A stretch of 58,474 nucleotides of DNA, counting the filler, from Squatina squatina (Eukaryota), in assembly GCA_031763465.1 (NCBI GenBank). It is 3 parts of 3 records of this genome, joined end to end, with 100 filler letters (N's around TTAATTAATTAA, not from the genome) between each part and the next. Parts side by side here need not be neighbours in the genome. Positions count along the whole stretch, not along the records: positions 40,254 to 58,474 come from JARFOE010000016.1; 2 more parts are not named here. The stretch is one strand, 5' to 3'. The notes under the pieces are model-generated. The model searched no databases and was not told the origin of the DNA. It was given only the letters and a program-made list of their open reading frames with translations. Made by a program: the position numbers and the translations under genes. This document shows positions 49,520 through 58,474 of the stretch, one piece after another (position 1 is the first letter of the stretch; every line of letters begins with the position of its first letter).

Positions 49520-51017
49520 AAGAAATTATTTCCATGCAGTATTTTATTTTAACAATTACAAAATGTAAGCAAAGTAATGATTTTCTGTACCAAATTATGT
49601 ATAAAACATAGACAGGCATGAAAGGATAGAAAGAAAGAGAGAGAAATTGACGATCAGATGACAAGTTTTTAATATTTCATTTAGGGATTGAAATCACCAC
49701 AGAGACAATTAATACCAATCATAAAAGTGCACATTTTTTGTTGCCCTTTTAAAATTATTCTATTTATATTTTAATACGATTACCTATACGACTAGGACTG
49801 TGCATTACCTTTGAACCAGTGTATTACAGTGAAATTATAATCTGCTGCTTTTAAATATGATGATACTAATGGTTTGATTAAAGTAGCAGACACTAATAAA
49901 TACCTGTAATGCAAGCTGATTTGAATGATGCTGTTTATTTCCCAAATGAAATTGTAAAACAGAACGAATCAGGAGTATATCTGTAATTAAGGTGGTGCAA
50001 CTTGGGGAGAATTGACTTGTTCAATATAATTTGTATTCAGCTTTTATGCTATGATATTTTTATTCAAGTCTTTTCCACAGTATATTTTTTATTCACATTT
50101 CTGCAATATATAGTTGACTAATGTTCAAAGCTCATGCTGAGATATTCTGGGTATTAAATTAAATAAATCAAAAATGGAATTAATGGTGGGAGGTGCTCAT
50201 TCTGTGGGGCACTTATTGGCTATTACTTACCTGACACAGACTATTATCTTGTAGTAGTGATAGATAAGAAACCAAGCTAACAGGGTTTCAAACACCAAAT
50301 AGTAAATCTATACAACATTTATGGAGATGTTATAGATCCCAGTGTCTCTACAAATTATCATTGAACTGCTAAAAAGAGATGAATACAAATGTATTGAATT
50401 CAACACTGTGACTACAGTGTTTAATCTTCACCAAGTTTTAACATGTTCAAATTTTTAAACACACAAAGCTCAGCAGCTGAAGCCATCTATAATATCTGCT
50501 CAATGTTCGACCATAGTGGTGAGATCGACCACTGTTACAAGATCACTTTCAACAATGACGTTCATTTTTATTTGATGCTAATTGTATGAATTGTTGATTG
50601 AAACTGCACCTTGACAGTGAAGTTAAACAGATTGTGCAGTGAGAGATTGCAAAAAATTAGCAATATGATAAAACTGATATTGATTAACAATGATTTACCT
50701 TCACTCAAGAATCAGTATTTTGGCATCACAAAAGGTGAAACAAAACATCAATAAAAACTGAGAATAGCTGAAAAGCAGCTCTTATTTGTTTTTATTTGAG
50801 CATTGGCAGTTTCTTTTAAACCTGTAAAACAAAGCTTCCAACAACTTCAGAATACTAAAGCAACAATTGGCATATTATTTCAAACTGTAGCAAATCAAAT
50901 ACCATTTTATTCACTGAATAATTTACAGCAATCTGATAACACTGAATCTGAAGGTGTGTTTTTCGCATGGCTATAAAGTTGTGGATTGAGTCCTAGCAGA
51001 GACTGAGGGCTGCGGAT

Positions 51018-51156
51018 CACCAACCAATGCCTGTTATAAGCTTCATCAGTTCCAACTCAAGCTGCTTCAGCGGCTGGTATATCCCACCAACCAATGTGTG
51101 TGATGAACTCTGTTAGCTCCCACCCAGGCTGTTACAGTAGCTGATATCTCCCACCA
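51018..51156. repeat. Decayed 67-bp tandem duplication (~2 copies)
   Basis: CACCAACCAATG at 51018 and 51085; CACCA again at 51152. Confidence 0.7.
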
Positions 51157-51450
51157 TGGGGAAAATAAAACATTCATTTCATTCTGCTCAATGGAAAATA
51201 TACTTCCTGTCATGGGATTCATGGCAGGCCACTAGTGTTGGAAGGTGCTGAGCAACCTGCAGCTAATTTGGCTTCCAGCCAGCTGTAGAAAGGATATATG
51301 TACAGCTGAATGAGTATGAAGCAGGAGGGAATAATGGAGGAAAACCAATAAGAAAGTGCAGAGAGAAAAGGCAGATAAAGAATATAATAAAATAAACAAA
51401 GTACAACCTAAATAAAGAATAATATTATGTTATGAAATTAAAGTGTCTAT

Positions 51451-52115
51451 GGCCTCAATTTTTAACTCGCCCCATTCGGGGGAGTTACAATGGAGTGGGG
51501 ACTAAACCACTCTATTCTCACCCCGATGTGACCAACAGTAATTTTAAATTGCAGACCGCAATGACATCGTCCCAAGCTGATGGGGTCTTCTTTTAAAATT
51601 GCAGATCGGGCTCCAATGACATCATCAGGGCCTGATCTGCAATTTTAACCCGAGGCCTGAGCGGAAGGGGCAGGGGGCAATGGTGGCTTCCCTGCCAGGC
51701 CAAAGCTGCTGGGAGCTGGATCAGGCTCAGGAGAGGTGAGTATTACATTCATTTTTAAGCTTCCATGTGGGACAGGAGGAGCAGGAGTGCTCCTTGGGGG
51801 TCGCCACATGGAAACCTTGAGCCTCCCTTGCCTCGGGCTTCCTCCCACTCCCCCAATCACTCTGAATCTTTCCGACTCCCCCACCCCAGCGCTTCCCTAA
51901 TGGCAGGGGGCCATTATTGAGGGTCCCTGGTGGCGGCCTCCTGCCGCCCAAATTACCGCTCCCACACGCCAGCGCTTCCTGCCGGATTCGGGCGGGAGTC
52001 CAAGCCTAAATATTTAAATGAAGCCCAGCAGTCAAAAGCACTCAGGGCCTCGACATGCGAGCTTGTAAATCACCCTGGAGCCCCCTTCCCAACCCCTGAC
52101 TTAAAATCTAGGCCC
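51451..52115. mobile_element. ~665-bp non-autonomous TIR element (PIF/Harbinger-like MITE)
   Basis: Termini GGCCTCAATTTTTAAC / CTTAAAATCTAGGCCC. Internal palindrome TTAAAATTGCAGATCGGGC..GCCTGATCTGCAATTTTAA at ~51593-51647. Confidence 0.65.
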
Positions 52116-52324
52116 ATGTCTATAGGTCTGGGGAATAGTGCAAAGCTGGCCAGCCAAATGTTATTTTCACTACTGGAAATAAAATACTGATAGTGTTTCT
52201 GATGTAATGGTGTATTTTGATACAAATAACATAATTATATCTGCGTGTCGGGCAAACACACCAAAACATTTGCTATACACCTTTAAATCCTGTGTGAAAT
52301 TGTGATTTAGGGGACGACTCCTTC

Positions 52325-52600
52325 AATAAAATAGCCTCAGATTCTCTGAGCTGGGGATGGAAAAGCAGAAGTGGCTCCTATTCATTATTTAGTTGGAACT
52401 GCACGTGTGTGGATGTTGAATGAAGACAGGGTCGAGGTCAGAGTCAGAGCTTAGCTGTGTTGGTCCCGATGGTCGGATGCACTGTGCAGGCTCACACACA
52501 GTGAATGACCACTTTGGAGAGGGCAACTTTCACTGGTAGAGCCCTACCTTAGTATGCGCTATAGCCTTCAGGAGACAATGGGAAAAGAGGAAACAATTGG
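52325..52600 (+). mobile_element. AmnSINE2-like SINE fragment
   Basis: GCCTCAG..GCTGGGGATGGAAAA..TGCACGTGTGTGGATGTTG..GGCTCACACACAGTGAATGACCACTTTGG..GCCTTCAGGAGA. Confidence 0.6.
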
Positions 52601-55600
52601 AGGGCAATGTGAAGAAATAAAAAGAAAACAGTACCAGGCAGCAGCACTATAGAAAACAGTCAACAAAGTAAATAAATAAAACCTCAAAGGGGAGAAGGAA
52701 ATAATTTGAAGACTCGGCTATTGGATGAATTCTCATCAGATAAACTGGCTCCAATATTGCTGATCTCCTTGCCTGGGCATTGGACAGATGGAGCACTCCA
52801 TCATTTCAGGATTCAAAGTGCCATGGCCCCTATCACATCCCTGGCAGAGGCCTATCCCCCCACAGAATCTTGCTGGAAAATGGGGGTGGGAACACAGGAG
52901 CTGATGCAGGTTTGAGGCATCTGTAACTGCAGGCCTGGTCGTGGGTCTTGGGGCCTTCTGGCTGTTGTTGGAGAACAGCAGACAGAAGACCTCCAGGTCC
53001 AAAGATCAGATAGGACCCTTCCAAAAAAAATGCAGGACTTACCTGTTTGTTCTTCTGTGACCTGCGGCCTGGCTTCCTCAGATCCTTGGATCTGAGGGCT
53101 CCCAGATGGAACAGACATTGCCAGGTTCTTTGGGTGCCCCTGTGCGTTGGTACTCTTTGGCCACATGAGGTGGACAGTGAGAAAAGAGATTCAGTGCTGC
53201 CTCATTTCCGTGGGTATGCTTGAATTGTGCCCTCAGGGCTACCCCTTTGTGGAAGTCCCGGAAATTTCAGGACAATGTAAAGAGGGCAGAGACCTGATGT
53301 ATGAAGTCTCTGCCCCTCCTTTTCTTTCCATTTTGTCTTGAAAATGAATGTTCCCCNNNNNNNNNNNNNNNNNNNNNNNNNNNNNNNNNNNNNNNNNNNN
53401 NNNNNNNNNNNNNNNNNNNNNNNNNNNNNNNNNNNNNNNNNNNNNNNNNNNNNNNNTATAATGAGATAACTTCCAACTTTATTGCATGCAAATGTAGACA
53501 TAAATTTGTTTGTGTATCTGTGATCATGAGGCTTCTTCTGATGTACTAGAGAGATAATACTGCTGTATTTATTGTGCTGTCAGATGGATTCTGATGAGTA
53601 CCATAGGGCTCTTCCGAAACATTCATAATATTAAGGGAGTTCAGCTGTGAATCTGAATGCTCATGAGCCTGACCATCGGGAACACAGGCACATCTGGTGA
53701 TTATATCATCATTTGTACAGTTAATTCTGATCTTATTATATATTAAATGCAACAAAAATGTGAAGACTTTTATTTCTAGTATTGAAAACAAGCAGTGGGA
53801 CAGATTGATCTCTGCCACAATGCTTTTTTTGTTAAAAAATAACAGGTAGGAAAAACTTTGTAACTGCTTCCTGATTTCTATTTTTACATTCACATTCAAA
53901 TTAAAACCGGAATCAATTAGAGAATACGGCAAAGTGGAGAAAATATAAAAGAATAAATACAACAAAAAAAATGCTTAAAATGATTTCTGTGCACCCATGC
54001 CCCTCAGGCCAGTGGTGCAGTATAAATTGTCATGAATGACCATCAGCACTTACAGAAACAATTTAATTCTACAGCTTCAGCCATCACTGGCTGATATATT
54101 CCTCCANNNNNNNNNNTCCAAGGTCATTAACCAAGGCTAGAAAGGTCATATGATTAATGAGTGACAAGCTTGAAGAGCACTAACATATATGAGCATGGCT
54201 TACATTAATTATATAGAGATTGTGGAAAATGAATGTAAGGGGAATCATTTCCCGTCAGACCAGAATTTCTCCCGAACATATCTTCTCCCCCCCCTTGATG
54301 CTTAAGGTTTTTTACTGAACCCTGTAAAATATAGAAAGAAATGAAATCCACATTGTTATTCGGTGTTAGGCTGAAGCCGAAGGAAGGCCTTTTATGTGTA
54401 TGTTTGTGTGTAGAGTATCTGTGTTTTGTGTTGCTGCTGGGAAGGATATCACCCTGCCTTCATTTGCAAGGCAGAGATTGGTGATGGAGATAGCAGGGCA
54501 ACAGTATTATTAATGACACTGTGACCGTAGGATCTGCATAAATCAAGCCCCCTCAAAATGGTGCAGGGCTGGTGTGTAATGATGAATCCGCAAGCTCAGT
54601 TTAGGTTCACTGAATTTTTATCTTATATATTATAAATGATAGGGAAGTAAAACTGCATATGAGNNNNNNNNNNNNNNNNNNNNNNNNNNNNNNNNNNNNN
54701 NNNNNNNNNNNNNNNNNNNNNNNNNNNNNNNNNNNNNNNNNNNNNNNNNNNNNNNNNNNNNNNNNNNNNNNNNNNNNNNNNNNNNNNNNNNNNNNNNNNN
54801 NNNNNNNNNNNNNNNNNNNNNNNNNNNNNNNNNNNNNNNNNNNNNNNNNNNNNNNNNNNNNNNNNNNNNNNNNNNNNNNNNNNNNNNNNNNNNNNNNNNN
54901 NNNNNNNNNNNNNNNNNNNNNNNNNNNNNNNNNNNNNNNNNNNNNNNNNNNNNNNNNNNNNNNNNNNNNNNNNNNNNNNNNNNNNNNNNNNNNNNNNNNT
55001 GATACACTTGCAAGAGTGGCACCTGGACCCCATATTCAGCCATTTTAAGGCCCCCAACAACACAGGCTGTACAATAGTTTTTAAAAAGCATTGTTTGCAG
55101 TGTCAGGTGAATAATAGTGGTTATAGAACAAAGTAGAACATTTTCTGATTATATGTATATTTATATATGTTCTTCACCTGACCTCTATGAAAACACATAA
55201 ATTTCCCCTCGAAAAATGAGAATTAAAAAAGATATTACTAACCTCAATCATTGGCCAGGATTAATCGGAGTCCTTCCAGTTCCCCCTTTTGGCAGGAGAC
55301 TATATTAGGACCAACAATACATACACCCTTTCATAGTCTTATTCCTTGGCTGAGCAAAAATTATTACAGCATTCAATGGACGTGGAGACTGGTGGAAAAT
55401 TGCAGCAGGCTGCTAACACTGTTGAGAAGACAATTTGAGCAGGGATTGTTCCCAATCTGGCTTGGTGATCCACTTGGATGAGTTGTAATATGCCAGCCTC
55501 TGTCTCTCATGCTCAATTGTTATTTTAGCTTAATATGATGACGTCATGTTCGCTTGATGATGAAGCCTTGCAATTGTGAGGGCACAGATTAACTAACTAG

Positions 55601-56251
55601 AATGCAGTCCATATTAGTTATGTGTTATTAATTATTGCGCTCATGTAGGGGCACTTNNNNNNNNNNNNNNNNNNNNNNNNNNNNNNNNNNNNNNNNNNNN
55701 NNNNNNNNNNNNNNNNNNNNNNNNNNNNNNNNNNNNNNNNNNNNNNNNNNNNNNNNNNNNNNNNNNNNNNNNNNNNNNNNNNNNNTGTCAAAAGCATTTA
55801 AATGGGGTAAAAAATGTCAAAAGTTGGAATGACATTACTCCCAGAAGAACAAATATGTCTTATGGATTCAGTATCTCATTTTTCAAAATCAGAATCCAGA
55901 CACCAACATTATTTTGTGTTCTCCAGTGGTTTTTGTTAAAAAAGCTATTTACAAACCGCTTAAAGTCCACAATATTTGTTTCTGCTTTCCTTTTTTTTAT
56001 ACTTAATTTTTTCCAGGCTTTATTTCAGCTTCCTCAGTTTAAAAACAAGAAACTACACATGGGAAGCGGGGAGCGAGGCAATGAAGCTAAGGGCAGAATT
56101 GCTTTATAAAAGTCACTCAATAGCCTGGCAGTTTGGACTTGAACCCTGACCCCTAACCCACGGGTCTCCTTTTTATAACTACCCTTACCTCCTCCCTTTT
56201 TTCCCTTTGATCTTTGCCGTGGTTGTCTTCTGGACGCCCGATGTGGCCCAG

Positions 56252-56388
56252 ACCCAAAGCCTCCGAAAGCACCTGTGGCTACCTCATCCAACAGCAGCCT
56301 GCCTTGGCCCGTGATCATCGGCATCCCCGCCGGCGCCGTCTTCATCTTCGGCCCCATCCTGCTGTGGCTGTGCCAGACCAAGCGGAAG
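56252..56388 (+). CDS. FGFRL1: Start of the last coding exon of fibroblast growth factor receptor-like 1 (stalk and transmembrane helix), truncated by gap
   Basis: After a pyrimidine tract and CAG acceptor (56249-56251, phase 1) it reads (D)[45 protein letters not shown]. Recalled human sequence: [47 protein letters not shown]. Confidence 0.9.
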
Positions 56389-56869
56389 NNNNNNNNNNNN
56401 NNNNNNNNNNNNNNNNNNNNNNNNNNNNNNNNNNNNNNNNNNNNNNNNNNNNNNNNNNNNNNNNNNNNNNNNNNNNNNNNNNNNNNNNNNNNNNNNNNNN
56501 NNNNNNNNNNNNNNNNNNNNNNNNNNNNNNNNNNNNNNNNNNNNNNNNNNNNNNNNNNNNNNNNNNNNNNNNNNNNNNNNNNNNNNNNNNNNNNNNNNNN
56601 NNNNNNNNNNNNNNNNNNNNNNNNNNNNNNNNNNNNNNNNNNNNNNNNNNNNNNNNNNNNNNNNNNNNNNNNNNNNNNNNNNNNNNNNNNNNNNNNNNNN
56701 NNNNNNNNNNNNNNNNNNNNNNNNNNNNNNNATCCTTAAACCCGGAAATTGCGGGGCGCCTATGTGCACACTTCATACGTACCAGGACCAGGATTTCAGG
56801 GCTATAATTTTTTTTCGCTCCTCATACTTTTAATACATGATTCACCCACAAAAATAGCAGGGAGGGGAA

Positions 56870-57235
56870 TTAGCTGAAGTTAGACTTTCACCTCTGGGGC
56901 CTGGGTACAAATGCAGCCAAGATGACTTGACTTTGACTTCTGGTTGTAAGGGTCACATATAAAGTGAGTTTCGGCAGCCATAATCCTATTGGGCGTGAGC
57001 TCCAGCACAAGACTGTGTATTCAATATTGGTTAGTATTAAATTGACGGTTTCACTCAGATAGGCCACATAATGTGGAAAATGTCACACTGGTGCATTGTT
57101 GGGACACAATAGAGGGAATGTTTCTCCGCTTCTAATTGTCCTACACATAACTTGGTAGAGTTCATAATAGGGAAGTGTTCTGTTTCTCAGAAATAACATC
57201 TGACACTTGGCTGAACACAAAATTCACAAAGCAAA
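56870..57235 (+). mobile_element. Degenerate LF-SINE-like element
   Basis: CTTTCACCTCTGGGGCCTGGGTACAAATGCAGCC head, AAAGTGAGTT..TCCTATTGGGC..TCCAGCACAAGAC body and GAACACAAAATTCACAAA tail follow the recalled LF-SINE consensus order. Confidence 0.55.
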
Positions 57236-58474
57236 AACACATTGATTAAAATGATTTAAAAAATGACTTACTGGAACTTATAATGAAACATGAACTGACA
57301 TGGTTTATGAAAATCAAATCCCAGTATTTAGCATCTCCATATCCTGCCCACTGTTCACAATGCTTTCTTTCCCCTTAGTGACAAATTTGCAACAGAACAA
57401 TTATGAGAACTTAAGGCAACAGCAGGAACTGATAATTTATGAAGATTCATCAATCAAATATTTTATTAACTAAATGTGAATCCCGATACAAATCTTTAAT
57501 CATGAAGTAACAAAAAAATAAGTTTTATTTTATTACAAATGTAGGATATGAACAGAGATTCATTGGATGAGCTTCTCAATATTGAGCCAGTCCTAATTTT
57601 AACTAGAATACACAGGAATCATACATTTTTATTATATCTTCAAAAACTGTTATTAATANNNNNNNNNNNNNNNNNNNNNNNNNNNNNNNNNNNNNNNNNN
57701 NNNNNNNNNNNNNNNNNNNNNNNNNNNNNNNNNNNNNNNNNNNNNNNNNNNNNNNNNNNNNNNNNNNNNNNNNNNNNNNNNNNNNNNNNNNNNNNNNNNN
57801 NNNNNNNNNNNNNNNNNNNNNNNNNNNNNNNNNNNNNNNNNNNNNNNNNNNNNNNNNNNNNNNNNNNNNNNNNNNNNNCATTTGGGAAATGACCACTGCA
57901 AATTCAATCACAGCTGGGGGTCAGGGCTGCGCTTGCATGTTTTATTTATTTCACAGTCATGGCTATCTCTTTGTGTCTTGCTTCAGACCCTGAAGTTGCA
58001 CTGCAGCTCCCAGACCATATTGTTACACCTCTGACACAATGCAACCTACAATGTTTGAGGCAAACCTGCCCTGCCACAAAGCGCGTATATGCAGGCAATT
58101 AAACACGTTTAATAATGTGAGTCATTTAATGGCATGCAAGACCCAATTTAACATTTTGAAGAGAAATACTTCAAGATGTAAAGAAAAATAGGTTCAGAAT
58201 ATACAACAATAGAATTAANNNNNNNNNNTAACATATAGGATTAGTGAATGTAGTAGCTGGCTGCAGGAATAATGAATATATTTGCCAGTGAAAATGCACT
58301 AGAACAATTAGTAATATAAAGAAAACTTTACAAAAGAAAAACACTCCAAAATTGCAAGAGCTGCATTTGTGTCTAAAATTGAGAATTGCCTCCCAATAAC
58401 CTTAACACTTGTTTTATATTAGATCAGGTCAATCACAGAAATCATTAAATATTATTTGTATGTCAGCTTCTAAT

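Noticed and set aside
53588-53625. Possible hammerhead ribozyme core (CTGATGA..CGAAAC)
   Set aside because: Stem II cannot form beyond one base pair and no stem III/NUH arrangement is evident.
55535-55620. Box C/D snoRNA (ATGATGA)
   Set aside because: No downstream CTGA D box or terminal stem; only a CRE-like ATGACGTCAT palindrome.
57987-58102. Alternative terminal FGFRL1 exon giving a soluble isoform (phase-1 acceptor, DPEVALQLPDH..*)
   Set aside because: Only an acceptor-like motif and a 38-codon open frame with no recognisable homology; expected by chance.

Overview
Eukaryotic, gene-poor and repeat-rich genomic DNA, most likely from a cartilaginous fish (shark). This is inferred from the repeat content: CR1, L2 and RTE LINEs, a SacSINE1-type DeuSINE and Penelope-like fragments. 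The assembly is fragmented into roughly 1-3 kb contigs joined by N-gaps. Two of the gaps contain an artificial TTAATTAATTAA linker that splits the window into three blocks (1-13711, 13812-40153, 40254-58474), so long-range order cannot be trusted. Two host exons are recognisable. One is the first coding exon of SRRM4/nSR100 (31130-31260, +), which the ORF track misses. The other is the start of the FGFRL1 transmembrane exon (56252-56388, +), cut off by a gap. Nearly all other listed ORFs are transposon remnants, N-gap read-through or chance. The most intriguing observation is a ~1 kb, 17-bp-period minisatellite (17154-18136) with about 41 exact REST/NRSF left half-sites (TCAGCACC) in the same block as SRRM4, a REST-repressed gene; its placement and function are unproven. 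I found no convincing new multi-gene system. All family names come from recalled consensus sequences, not from database searches.
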